DNA from: an uncultured Chloroflexia bacterium
Lineage (GTDB): Bacteria > Chloroflexota > Limnocylindria > Limnocylindrales > CSP1-4
Assembly (NCBI GenBank): GCA_963833225.1
Contig: CAWHXD010000019.1
Coordinates: forward strand, 128,001-192,000
Direction: 5' to 3'
DNA: 64,000 nucleotides
A program made the translations under genes and the position numbers. Below the pieces are notes generated by a model. It saw nothing but the letters and a program-made list of their open reading frames with translations, was not told the origin of the DNA and searched no databases. This document shows, one piece after another, positions 39,105 through 48,504 of the stretch (positions are counted from its first letter, which is position 1; each line of letters opens with the position of its first letter).

Positions 39105-40937
39105 GTGACCCTCGACCAGTCCCAGGAGTTCCTCGTCCAGCCCGTGGACGCGTCCTGGCTCCAGTGCAACATCGAGTGCCAGGAGGCCTGTCCCGTCGGC
39201 ACCAACTGCCGGGGCTACCTCAACCTCGCCGCGGAAGGCCGCTTCGAGGAGGGCTACATCCTTGCCCGCGAGCCCAACCCGGTCGCGGCGATGTGCTCCT
39301 ATGTCTGCTCGGCCCCCTGCGAGCGTGCCTGCCGCCGCGGCGACATCGACCGCCCGCTGGCCATCCGGGCGATGAAGCGCTTCCTCGTCGAGTGGCACGA
39401 GGCCTCGGGCATCCCGGACACCATGCCGGCCATCACGTCCCGCGAGGAGCGGGTCGCCGTGATCGGCGCCGGCCCCGCGGGCCTTGCGGTGAGCCGCGAG
39501 CTCGCGACCCGCGGCTACCAGGTGACGGTGTTCGACAGCCTGCCCTTTGGCGGCGGCACGATGCTGATCGGTGTCCCGGCCTTCCGCCTGCCGCGCGAGG
39601 CGATCGAGATGGACGTCCGCCTTGTCGAGCGCCTGGGCGTCCGGTTCGTGTTCGACACCACCGTGGGCATCGACATCCCGTTCGCCGACCTCCAGCGCGA
39701 CTACGACGCGATCGCGATCACGGCCGGTGCCATGAACCCGGTCTACCTCGACGTGCCGGGCGCGGACCTCGACGGCGTGAAGTACGGCATCGACTTCATG
39801 AAGCTCGCGAACCTCGGCCAGGAGCTGTCGGTCGGCCAGAACGTGGTGGTCATCGGCGGTGGCTACACGGCCATGGACTGCTCGCGCACGAGCCTCCGCT
39901 ACGGTGCCGAGAACGTCACGATCGCCTACCGGCGGACGCGCTCCGAGCTGGTCGTGGACGAGGAGGAGCTGGGCGAGACGGAGCGCGAGGGCGTCAACCT
40001 CGAGTTCCTGGTCAGCCCGATGGAGCTCATTGGCGAGGACGGCAAGCTCACGGCGGTCCGGTTCATCCGCAACAAGCTGGGCGAGCCGGACGCCTCGGGT
40101 CGCCGCTCCCCGGTGCCGATCGAAGGCTCCGAGTTCACGGTCCCGGCCGACACGGTCATCCCGGCGGTGTCGCAGGCGGCGGACCTGTCGTTCCTGCCCG
40201 TGGACGCCAACTTCGAGGTTGGACGCGGGCGACTCAAGGTCGACCCGGCCACGTATGCGACCAACGTGCGCGGCGTGTTCGCGTGCGGTGACTTCGTGAC
40301 CGGCCCGACCACGCTGATCGAGTCGGCGGGTCACGGCAAGAAGGCTGCCTACGCGATCGACCGCTACCTCGCCGGCCGGACGGACGTGACGGTCACCCCC
40401 AACGTGAAGATCACGAGCTCCTGGCGCCACGAGATGCCGGAGCTCTACGACGTGATGCCGCGGCAGCACATCCCGATGGTGGAGCTGCCCTCGCGGATGC
40501 CGTCCACGGACCCGGCGGTCAACTTCTCCACGCCCGTTGAGCGCGGCTACGACACGACGGCGGCCGTGGCGGAGTCCACCCGCTGCCTGATGTGCAACTA
40601 CAACATCTGGTTCGACCCGTTCCGGTGCGTGCTGTGCGGCGCCTGCGCCGACGTGTGCCCCGAGGGGGTCATCCACATGGTGGACGTCAACCAGCTCAAG
40701 ACCGAGGGGCTGCTGCCCGAGGTCGAGGAAGCCTACGGCTGGGCGCAGGGCGCGGCCATGGTCCTCGACGAGGAGCGGTGCATCCGATGTGCGCTGTGCG
40801 TCAAGCGGTGCCCCTTCGATGCCATCACCATGGAGCGGTTCGAGCTCCAGGAGATCTCGAGCGACGGACGGCTCTACAAGGAGTCGTATCGTGACGCGCA
40901 ACTCGCCGGGACGGCCGGCGTGGCAGGAGGAGCGTAG
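39105..40937 (+). CDS. GltD/NfnB-like FAD/NAD(P)-dependent Fe-S oxidoreductase with C-terminal ferredoxin domain
   Basis: CQEACP, CSYVCSAPCERACRR, GAGPAG, GGGYTAMD, GDFVTGP, RCLMC, CVLCGACADVCP, CIRCALCVKRCP. Confidence 0.9.
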   Translation: MTLDQSQEFLVQPVDASWLQCNIECQEACPVGTNCRGYLNLAAEGRFEEGYILAREPNPVAAMCSYVCSAPCERACRRGDIDRPLAIRAMKRFLVEWHEASGIPDTMPAITSREERVAVIGAGPAGLAVSRELATRGYQVTVFDSLPFGGGTMLIGVPAFRLPREAIEMDVRLVERLGVRFVFDTTVGIDIPFADLQRDYDAIAITAGAMNPVYLDVPGADLDGVKYGIDFMKLANLGQELSVGQNVVVIGGGYTAMDCSRTSLRYGAENVTIAYRRTRSELVVDEEELGETEREGVNLEFLVSPMELIGEDGKLTAVRFIRNKLGEPDASGRRSPVPIEGSEFTVPADTVIPAVSQAADLSFLPVDANFEVGRGRLKVDPATYATNVRGVFACGDFVTGPTTLIESAGHGKKAAYAIDRYLAGRTDVTVTPNVKITSSWRHEMPELYDVMPRQHIPMVELPSRMPSTDPAVNFSTPVERGYDTTAAVAESTRCLMCNYNIWFDPFRCVLCGACADVCPEGVIHMVDVNQLKTEGLLPEVEEAYGWAQGAAMVLDEERCIRCALCVKRCPFDAITMERFELQEISSDGRLYKESYRDAQLAGTAGVAGGA

Positions 40938-41666
40938 GTGAGCTTCCTGGAGCGGGTCGACCAGAGCATCCGGCGAAGCCCGGTGTGGCGGTCGATCTTC
41001 CGCAACCCGTACCCGGACGACGAACGCAGCCGGGCATACGCGGTGATGAACAACGTGTTCCTGCACCTGCACCCGGTGCGGGTGCGGCAGCATGCGGTCA
41101 AGTTCGCCTATACGTTCTGCCTGGGCGGGCTGTCGTTCTTCCTGTTCCTCGTGCTCACCGTCACCGGCGTCTACCTGATGTTCTTCTACGTCCCGTCCGA
41201 TACGCAGGCGTACAGCAACATCCTCGACATCCAGTCACGGGTGACGTTCGGCCTGCTGACCCGCAACATCCACCGGTGGGCCGCCCACCTGATGGTGTTC
41301 TTCGTGTTCCTGCACATGATGCGGGTCTTCTACCACGGGGCCTACAAGCCGCCGCGCGAGTTCAACTGGGTCGTGGGCGTGGTCCTGCTGTTCCTCACGA
41401 TCATGCTGTCGTTCACGGGCTACCTCCTCCCGTGGGACCAGATCGCCTACTGGGCCATCACCATCGGCACCAACATGGGCGGCTACGCGCCGTTGTTCAA
41501 CACCCCCACCAAGCTGCTGCTCCTGGGCGGCATCGAGGTGGGCCAGAACACGCTGTTGCGGTTCTATGTGCTGCACATCATCGTCCTGCCACTCGTCGCC
41601 GCGATCTTCCTGGCCGTCCACTTCTGGCGGATCCGGAAGGATGGAGGGATCAGTGGGCCGCTCTGA
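40938..41666 (+). CDS. petB: Cytochrome b N-terminal subunit (cytochrome b6-like)
   Basis: [19 protein letters not shown]...[42 protein letters not shown]. Confidence 0.93.
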   Translation: MSFLERVDQSIRRSPVWRSIFRNPYPDDERSRAYAVMNNVFLHLHPVRVRQHAVKFAYTFCLGGLSFFLFLVLTVTGVYLMFFYVPSDTQAYSNILDIQSRVTFGLLTRNIHRWAAHLMVFFVFLHMMRVFYHGAYKPPREFNWVVGVVLLFLTIMLSFTGYLLPWDQIAYWAITIGTNMGGYAPLFNTPTKLLLLGGIEVGQNTLLRFYVLHIIVLPLVAAIFLAVHFWRIRKDGGISGPL

Positions 41667-41690
41667 TCGCCCGACCCTGGGGTCCTGCGA

Positions 41691-42308
41691 ATGACCGACA
41701 CCAAGGCGCCGAACGAGACGCGGGTCGTCCTGCCGGTGGACCCGACTCGCCGGACGGAGATCGACAAGCAGCGGGTGCCGATGTCGGCCCGCCCCTACCG
41801 CCTGCTGGCGCTGGTCAAGCAGGACGCCGTCGTGCGGGTCCAGAAGGAGCCGGACGACACGGTCATGACCTGGCCGCACCTGCTGGCCATCGAGTTCATG
41901 GCGGCAGCCCTGATGAGCGTGTTCCTGCTCCTGATGGGCCTGTTCATGAACGCGCCGCTCGAGGACCTGGCGAATGGCAACGTCACCCCGGCGGTGGCCA
42001 AGGCGCCCTGGTACTTCCTCGGCCTGCAGGAGCTGCTGGCCTACTTCCACCCGACCGTCGCGGGCGTCATGGTCCCGACCTTCGTGCTCGTCGGGGCGGC
42101 GCTGATCCCGTTCGTGGACCGCGGCAACATCCTCGCGGTGCGGCCATCCGAGCGGAAGACGGCCGTGGTGCTGTTCTCGCTGTTCGCGGGCCTCGGCCTG
42201 TTCCTCACCTTCGTCGGGATCTTCTTCCGGGGTCCCGGCTACTCCCTGGTCATCCCGTACCTCACGTTCTTCACGAACGGGGTACCCGGCCTTCATTTCG
42301 CCCTCTGA
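41691..42308 (+). CDS. petD: Cytochrome b C-terminal subunit (subunit IV-like)
   Basis: TWPHLL, APL...AN..VTP..KAPWYF (PEWY equivalent), IPFVDR. Confidence 0.88.
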   Translation: MTDTKAPNETRVVLPVDPTRRTEIDKQRVPMSARPYRLLALVKQDAVVRVQKEPDDTVMTWPHLLAIEFMAAALMSVFLLLMGLFMNAPLEDLANGNVTPAVAKAPWYFLGLQELLAYFHPTVAGVMVPTFVLVGAALIPFVDRGNILAVRPSERKTAVVLFSLFAGLGLFLTFVGIFFRGPGYSLVIPYLTFFTNGVPGLHFAL

Positions 42309-42327
42309 TGCGAAGGAATCCGGAGTC

Positions 42328-43002
42328 ATGAGCAACTACCACGTCGAACCGGCAGACAAGCCCAAGGCGCTCACCAAGGAGGCCCTCAAGGCCGTCCGCC
42401 ACGAGCAGGTCCAGGGCGTCTCGCGCCGGGAGCTGCTGCGGGGCTCGCTGGCGGCGGGGCTCGGCCTGTGGTTGCTCGAGGTCTCGGCGGGGACCATCGG
42501 GTTCCTGTGGCCGAACCTCCAGGGCAAGTTCGGCGGCCTGGTGCGGATCGGCACCCTGGACGACGTCAAGTCCGCCAACTCGGCGCTCCCCATCGACGAG
42601 GGGTTCCCCGCCTACTACTCGTCCGCCAAGGCATTCGTGATCCTGGTCGACCCGTCCCAGCAGCGGTTCGTGCAGGGCGAGGACCCGACCGGCGATGGCA
42701 CCTCGGTCAACGTCCGCGCGCTCTACCAGCGCTGCCCGCATCTCGGCTGCAAGCCCAACCCCTGTCTCAAGAACTTCTGGCTGGAGTGCCCCTGCCACGG
42801 GTCTCGCTACGACCGGCTCGGGATCAAGGCCGCGGGGCAGGCGTACGGGCCCGCGCCGCGCAGCATGGACCGCTTCGGCGTGATCGTGGACGACTCCGGC
42901 GTGCTCACCATCGACACCGGCAAGCTCACCCTCGGCCCCCTGCCCGTCGCGGTCGGCCAGCCGGGGATCATCCCGCCACGGACCCCGACCGGGTGCATCT
43001 GA
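42328..43002 (+). CDS. petC: Rieske [2Fe-2S] protein with Tat signal
   Basis: SRRELL, CPHLGC, CPCHGSRY, GPAPR. Confidence 0.93.
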   Translation: MSNYHVEPADKPKALTKEALKAVRHEQVQGVSRRELLRGSLAAGLGLWLLEVSAGTIGFLWPNLQGKFGGLVRIGTLDDVKSANSALPIDEGFPAYYSSAKAFVILVDPSQQRFVQGEDPTGDGTSVNVRALYQRCPHLGCKPNPCLKNFWLECPCHGSRYDRLGIKAAGQAYGPAPRSMDRFGVIVDDSGVLTIDTGKLTLGPLPVAVGQPGIIPPRTPTGCI

Positions 43003-43042
43003 TCTCGTTGCGACCCCACCCGACCGCCCACCGAGGAGACCG

Positions 43043-44122
43043 ATGACCGACCAGACCGGCCGCCCCCCCGAGGAGCGTCTGCCCGCGCCGCGGCCGTCGT
43101 CCGCGCCCGCGCCGGCCGACCGCTTCTCGGCGCCGCCGTCGGCCCGCCGCAACGACCTCACGCCCGAGCGGGCCGGCCGGATCGTCCGCCAGTCCGCGAA
43201 CGCGCGCTGGGTGGGCTTCCTGGCCGTGACCCTCGTGGGCCTGTTCGTGATCGGCTACTACTTCTACGAGCTGGGCCTGCCTGGCGGCCTCTCCGAGCCG
43301 CGCCTGGCGCAGGCCGCCGCCGAGCAGCAGGTCGTGGCGGTGGAGCGCGGCTACAACCTGTTCGAGGCGAACTGCGCCCAGTGCCACGGCACCAAGGGGG
43401 AGGGCGGCATCGGTCCCGTGCTCAACCGCCAGGACAAGCTGTTCGCGCACCTCAACCCCGACTACCTGCGCAACGTGCTCACCGCCGGTGGGCGCTACGT
43501 GTGCGGCAACGCCGACAGCGTCATGCCCGTGTGGTCGAACACCGGCAATCCGCCGGGACCGCTCAACTACAAGCAGATCGACGACCTGATCGCCTTCATC
43601 CGGGCCAAGAAGGGGACCGAGTACCGGGTGCTGGACCCGGCGCTCGCCGAGCCCACCATCGACCCGGTCACCCACAAGCCGGTGACGTTCGAGGGCTGGG
43701 TGGACCCGGCCTACCAGCCGGCACCCGGTGCCACGCCGTACCCTGCGTGCTGGGCAGACGAGTTCTCGAACCCGCAGCCGTCGAGCGCCCCGTCCTCTCC
43801 CGCAGCGTCGGGTGAGCCCGGCGCGTCGCCCGCCCCGGCAGGCGTCGTCGTCAAGGAGATCGCCAAGGGGATCCAGTTCGTGAACAAGGACCTCTCGGCG
43901 CCCGCCGACACGCCGTTCCAGATCGAGTTCGACAACCAGGACGTGGGCACCCCGCACAACATCGAGATCAAGGACGCCAGCGGTGCGGTCGTGTTCAAGG
44001 GCGAGATCTTCGCCGGCCCCGCCGTCAAGACCTACGACGTCCCGGCCCTGCCCGCGGGCACCTACCCCTTCGTGTGCACCGTGCACCCGAACATGATCGG
44101 CACCCTCACGGTGGGAGGCTGA
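43043..44122 (+). CDS. Membrane-anchored cytochrome c fused to a cupredoxin domain
   Basis: TM helix, CAQCH, MPVW; C-terminal PHN...FVCTVHPNM type-1 copper ligands. Confidence 0.88.
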   Translation: MTDQTGRPPEERLPAPRPSSAPAPADRFSAPPSARRNDLTPERAGRIVRQSANARWVGFLAVTLVGLFVIGYYFYELGLPGGLSEPRLAQAAAEQQVVAVERGYNLFEANCAQCHGTKGEGGIGPVLNRQDKLFAHLNPDYLRNVLTAGGRYVCGNADSVMPVWSNTGNPPGPLNYKQIDDLIAFIRAKKGTEYRVLDPALAEPTIDPVTHKPVTFEGWVDPAYQPAPGATPYPACWADEFSNPQPSSAPSSPAASGEPGASPAPAGVVVKEIAKGIQFVNKDLSAPADTPFQIEFDNQDVGTPHNIEIKDASGAVVFKGEIFAGPAVKTYDVPALPAGTYPFVCTVHPNMIGTLTVGG

Positions 44123-44126
44123 CGCG

Positions 44127-45578
44127 ATGGCCCAGACCGCCCTCCCCTCCCCGCAGCACGTGACGGCCCGCCGTCGCACCCTGTTCGGCCTGCTTGACGC
44201 CGACGGCTGGAGCTGGGCTTTCGTCAAGTCGCTGTTCTGGTTCGTGCTGATCATCCTCATGCTCGGGTACATCCCGGACCGCGCGTACTACTTCACCGTC
44301 CAGCGGACGGTCGACGTGGGCATCCTCGCCTTGTCGCCGGTGAACCTCTGTCCGGCCGAGAACGGCGGGCTTCCGTGCCCCGCTCCGGCCGGCGCCACCC
44401 TCGCCTGGGAGTCGAGCCCGGCCGAGGTCAACCTGCCCGCGACCCGCACCGACGGCGCGGCCGGGATCATCGGCCAGACGATCCTGTTCGCCGGTGGCTC
44501 CAACGGCACGGCCGCGGTCGCGGACACGTACGTCACGCATCTCAACCAGGGTGACAACCTCAACGCCTGGGCCGCCGCGCCGGCGCTCCCCGAGGCGCGT
44601 GCCGACGCGGCCGGCGTCGTGCTTGGCAACAGCCTGTACGTGATCGGCGGCTACGGCCCGGACGGCCAGCCAACCAGCACGGTGTACAGCCTGACCGTCG
44701 CCAACGACGGCAGCCTTGGCGACTGGGTCACCGAGGATGCGCTCGCGCTTCCTGAGCCGCGTGCCGGTGCCGCCGCCGTGGCCGTCTCGGACGGCATCGT
44801 GCTGATGGGCGGGACGGCGACGGCCGATGCCGCCGGCGCCACGCGCAGCGTCTGGAAGGTCCAGCAGGACGCGACGGGCAAGCTTGGGACGTGGGCCGAG
44901 CAGACGCCGCTGTACGAGGAGAACGTCGACGGGTTCGCCGCCCATTTGGGCGACGTCATCTTCCTGGTGGGTGGTCGCAAGGCCGACGGCAGCGTCGTGT
45001 CGACGGTCCAGCAGGGCCTCGTCGGTGGCAAGACCGCCACCGCGGAGGACCCGAACGCGATCCTGGCGCTGTGGCGCGCGAGCGATCAGACCAACCTGCC
45101 GGGCCCGCGCACGGATCTCTCCGGCTTCACCGCCAATGGCGCCCTGTACGTGCAGGGCGGCTCCGACGGGGTGGGCCCGCGCGCCGAGACGCTGTGGGCG
45201 ACGCCGGATGCCGAGGGCGTGATCCCGGAGTGGCTCCACCTGGCCACGAGCGACCTTGGCACGGGCGTGGCAGGCGCCGCCGCCTTCGCGTCCGGCTCGC
45301 ACGCGTTCACGATCGGCGGCACCACCTCGAGCGGTCCGACGGCCGGCCTGGCGCGGGTCAACCTGGCCCCGCAGGAGCCGTACTTCCAGCTCGGCCTTCT
45401 TGGCGCGGTCGTCCCGGCGCTCAAGCTCGAGGGCGAGATCGGGCAGCAGATCGGGTACCTCAATGCGGCCGGCGCCGCGACCGTGGACTTCGTGATCCTG
45501 CTGCTGGTCGGCTGGGGGTTCGCGCACAAGGACCGGGTGCGGGCCTTCATTGCCAGCCGGAGGCGCGGCCGGGACTGA
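44127..45578 (+). CDS. Kelch-repeat beta-propeller membrane protein
   Basis: Repeated LP..R..., YVIGG/LMGG/LVGG/VQGG/TIGG units; TM helices at both ends. Confidence 0.8.
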   Translation: MAQTALPSPQHVTARRRTLFGLLDADGWSWAFVKSLFWFVLIILMLGYIPDRAYYFTVQRTVDVGILALSPVNLCPAENGGLPCPAPAGATLAWESSPAEVNLPATRTDGAAGIIGQTILFAGGSNGTAAVADTYVTHLNQGDNLNAWAAAPALPEARADAAGVVLGNSLYVIGGYGPDGQPTSTVYSLTVANDGSLGDWVTEDALALPEPRAGAAAVAVSDGIVLMGGTATADAAGATRSVWKVQQDATGKLGTWAEQTPLYEENVDGFAAHLGDVIFLVGGRKADGSVVSTVQQGLVGGKTATAEDPNAILALWRASDQTNLPGPRTDLSGFTANGALYVQGGSDGVGPRAETLWATPDAEGVIPEWLHLATSDLGTGVAGAAAFASGSHAFTIGGTTSSGPTAGLARVNLAPQEPYFQLGLLGAVVPALKLEGEIGQQIGYLNAAGAATVDFVILLLVGWGFAHKDRVRAFIASRRRGRD

Positions 45579-45604
45579 TCAGCCGGGGCCGACGCCCCGC
45601 GGTG

Positions 45605-45974
45605 TCAGGGGGTGAGCTGCCCCTCGCCATCCTCGATCGGGCCGTGCTTCACCGGCAGCCCCATGCGCTGCCAGCCGTCGATTCCCCCGGCCACGTTCCC
45701 GACGTCCTCGTATCCCTGCTGGAGCAGGAAGCTGGTGACGCTGCTCGATCGGGACCCGGTCGCGCACAGCACCATCAGCGGCCGGTCCCTCGGGATGTCG
45801 GCGAGCCGGACCCCGATCTGGGACATCGGGACGAACAGCGAGCCCTCGACGCGCGCCTGGCGGAACTCGTCGAGCTCGCGCACATCGAGGACGAGCGGCC
45901 GGACGGGCGGGGTCCCTGCGGCGAATGTCGGCGTAGAGCGGGTCGAGGGCCGGGATGCCCATGGGCCGGTTCAT
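45605..45974 (-). CDS. Rhodanese-like protein (apparent frameshift near 45910)
   Basis: LVLDVRELDEF, LCATGSRS, NVAGGIDGW; the N-terminus MNRPMGIPALDP joins if one C is removed from a C-run. Confidence 0.8.
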
Positions 45975-46402
45975 GCGCGGGGGATCCTCCGGATGACGGG
46001 GGCGGGGGCGATCGCGCCGAACGCCGGATCCGCGAGGCGAGCATCCACGTCGGCGAGCAGGGAGGGGACATCGACGCCCCAGGCGACGCCGGCGGGCCCC
46101 GCCAGGGCGAGGTGCTTCCGGGCGCCGGCGAGGTTCTTGGCGATGCCGGGGGGATTGCCGCGACCGGCATGGACATACGCCGCGGCGACCTTGATCAGCC
46201 CCTGGTGGAGCGCCCGCTCGGCGAGATCGGCGGTGCCCATCCAGGCCGGCTCAAGCGCCTCGTGGGCCTCGAACGGCTCGCCGGCGGCATACAGCGCGAG
46301 GCCGGTCTCGAAGGCCGCCCGGCGGGCAGCCTCGGGGAGCGGCCGGTACGCCTTGTCCCGATCGCCCTGGCGGATCAGCATCGGGCGGTTGACGGCGCCC
46401 AT
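45971..46402 (-). CDS. DUF309 domain protein
   Basis: GLALY.AGEPFEAHEALEPAW, QGLIKVAAAYVH..RGN..G. Confidence 0.88.
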   Translation of the reverse strand: MGAVNRPMLIRQGDRDKAYRPLPEAARRAAFETGLALYAAGEPFEAHEALEPAWMGTADLAERALHQGLIKVAAAYVHAGRGNPPGIAKNLAGARKHLALAGPAGVAWGVDVPSLLADVDARLADPAFGAIAPAPVIRRIPRA

Positions 46403-46404
46403 CG

Positions 46405-46848
46405 TCAGGCGCTCGCCGCCCCGTGCGGAAGGGCCTCGAGGGGCTTGCGGCCGGCGTACCCCTCGTCGGTGCCGTGCCAGAACTCCACGCGGTCCTCGCC
46501 CAGTCGCCAGCAGAGCCAGACCTGGCGGCCACCGGCGAGGGCCGGGAAGTCGAGCAGCCCGGTGGGGATGTCGCGGAGCACGATGCCGCGCTCGTCAAGC
46601 CAGGCCACGTCCGCCTGCATCTGGTCCACGATGCCGCGGATCCGGAGCCGCAGCCGTCGCAGCTCGGGGTCATCGCCGGTGGGGACGGCCGCCTCCGCGA
46701 TGAGGTCATCGACCAGGTCACCCTCGCGCTGCCGGAAGGCGTCGCGCGCCTCCACGATCTCCGTGCGCTGGTCGCGCAGCCGGGTCACGACGACCGCGAG
46801 GTCGGGGACCAGGGCGTTGGCCTCGATGGGGCCGTAGAAGCGGGACAC
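46405..46848 (-). CDS. DUF2203 domain protein
   Basis: EANALVP, GIVLRD...GLLDFP, VWLCWRLGE..V.FWH...GYAGRKPL. Confidence 0.9.
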   Translation of the reverse strand: MSRFYGPIEANALVPDLAVVVTRLRDQRTEIVEARDAFRQREGDLVDDLIAEAAVPTGDDPELRRLRLRIRGIVDQMQADVAWLDERGIVLRDIPTGLLDFPALAGGRQVWLCWRLGEDRVEFWHGTDEGYAGRKPLEALPHGAASA

Positions 46849-47011
46849 CTCCCGATTGTAGCCGCGACCACATGCTTGGGCTCCCGCCGGACCTGGTTCG
46901 CCCACCGGGACGATGGCCCTGACCCGATGTGACCGGGTGCGAGTAACCCGTTGGGGGTATTGATCCGCAGGCAATTCCGGGGCACTCTGCCCCGTACCAC
47001 CTGGAGGCCCC

Positions 47012-48397
47012 GTGTCCATCGCCGTTTCTCGCCGCGCTCCGGCGCCTGTCGCGGACGCTCGCTCCCGAGCGCTGCCGGTGCTCGCCGCCGCTCTCGCGCT
47101 CCTCGTGGCCCTGTCTGCTGTGCTCGCCGCGGCGCCGGCAGCGGCCCTGGCCGGCACGACGCTTGCCGCCCGCTGTGACGTGAACATCCGGGTCAAGCCG
47201 TCGACCAAGTCGCGGATCATTCGCAAGCTGCCGGCCGGTGCGAAGGTGATCGCCGTCGCCAAGGTCTCGGGCAGTCGCTGGAAGGCGAAGTGCCATGGCA
47301 CGGCATACGCCGGCTCGCACTGGTGGAAGATCAGCTCGGTCAACGGCAGGAGCGTCAAGTCCCGCTACGGCGTGAAGTACGTGTACGCGGCGACGAAGCT
47401 GTTCAAGTCGGTCGTGACGCCCGTCGCTCGCGAGGCTGCCTGTTCGGGCGTCGCCCTGCGGACCAGCGCCAAGGTGGGCGGCACGCTCAAGACGCGGATC
47501 GACGAGGGCGTGGATGTCACCACGATCGCCGCGGTGAGCGGCGGCTCCTGGTCGGCCTCGTGTGCCGGCTCCACATCGGGCTCGAAGTGGTACCGCATCA
47601 CGGCGGTCAACGGGAAGAGCGTCGCATCGCTGTATGGGGTGAAGTACCTCTACGGGGCCAAGGGCCTGTTCCGCGCCCCCACCCCCACTCCCACCCCGAC
47701 CCCCACCCCGACACCGACCCCCACCCCGACACCGACCCCCACCCCGACACCCAGCCCTCCGTCCCCCTACGCCGAGGGCATCGACGTCAGCCACTGGCAG
47801 GGCACGATCGACTGGGCCGAGGTCGCGGGTGCCGGCAAGCGGTTCGCGTACATGAAGGCATCCCAGGACATCGACTACATCGACCCCACCTACGCGACGA
47901 ACCGTGCCCAGGCGAAGGCGAACGGGTTGTACGTCGGGGCCTACCACTTCGCCGAGCCCGGAACCGCGGCCGGCGACGCCGTGGCGGAGGCGGACCACTT
48001 CGTGGACACCGCCCAGCCGAAGTCGGGCGAGCTGCTTCCCGTCCTTGATCTCGAGCAGACGGGCGGCCTGGACAGGCCGACGCTCAAGGCCTGGGTCAAG
48101 GCCTTCCTGCAGCGCGTCTACGACCGGACGGGGATCCGGGCCGCCATCTACGTGTCACCCAGCTTCTGGTCCAACAAGATGGGCAACACGGCCTGGTTCG
48201 CCGCCAACGGATACCCGGTTCTGTGGATCGCGCACTGGACGACGGCCGACGCCCCCACGCTCCCGGCCAGCAACTGGGGCGGCTACGGCTGGTCGTTCTG
48301 GCAGTACACCTCAAGCGGCACCGTCGCCGGCATCGGCGGGCGCGTCGACCTCGACCGGTATCGGAGCCACGACCTGACGCCCGCCCTCATCCCGTAG
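47012..48397 (+). CDS. GH25 lysozyme with two SH3b-like domains and PT linker
   Basis: Signal peptide; two VNIR/VALR...W..I...NG repeats; (PT)n; GIDVSHWQG, GAYHF, LDLE, WQYTSSG.V.GI...VDLD. Confidence 0.92.
   Translation: MSIAVSRRAPAPVADARSRALPVLAAALALLVALSAVLAAAPAAALAGTTLAARCDVNIRVKPSTKSRIIRKLPAGAKVIAVAKVSGSRWKAKCHGTAYAGSHWWKISSVNGRSVKSRYGVKYVYAATKLFKSVVTPVAREAACSGVALRTSAKVGGTLKTRIDEGVDVTTIAAVSGGSWSASCAGSTSGSKWYRITAVNGKSVASLYGVKYLYGAKGLFRAPTPTPTPTPTPTPTPTPTPTPTPTPSPPSPYAEGIDVSHWQGTIDWAEVAGAGKRFAYMKASQDIDYIDPTYATNRAQAKANGLYVGAYHFAEPGTAAGDAVAEADHFVDTAQPKSGELLPVLDLEQTGGLDRPTLKAWVKAFLQRVYDRTGIRAAIYVSPSFWSNKMGNTAWFAANGYPVLWIAHWTTADAPTLPASNWGGYGWSFWQYTSSGTVAGIGGRVDLDRYRSHDLTPALIP
47676..47752 (+). 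repeat. 6-bp tandem repeat encoding the Pro-Thr linker
   Basis: CCCACC/CCGACA/CCGACC units. Confidence 0.9.
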
Positions 48398-48504
48398 CGG
48401 CCGGAACCGGCGCCACGCGGGGCGCCCCGGGGCGGTCCGTCGCCGGCGGGCCGGCCGGAGCCGGCCGGAGCCCGCCGCGAGTCACGCCGTAGACTGCTCG
48501 CCAC

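Noticed and set aside
46900-47010. Possible c-di-AMP (ydaO) riboswitch upstream of the GH25 lysozyme
   Set aside because: Only fragments resemble it (TTGGGG, GGGGCACTCTGCCCC hairpin); the conserved GCTGAATCC and CAGCTAACC segments are missing.
47676-47752. CRISPR-like or regulatory repeat arrays (also 29095-29185 and 38072-38116)
   Set aside because: Short coding tandem repeats (Pro-Thr or SSGTP linkers) without spacers; no CRISPR array or cas gene is seen in the window.
48398-48480. GC-rich inverted repeats after the GH25 gene
   Set aside because: Could pause or terminate transcription, but stems are imperfect and there is no U-tract, so no specific call is supportable.
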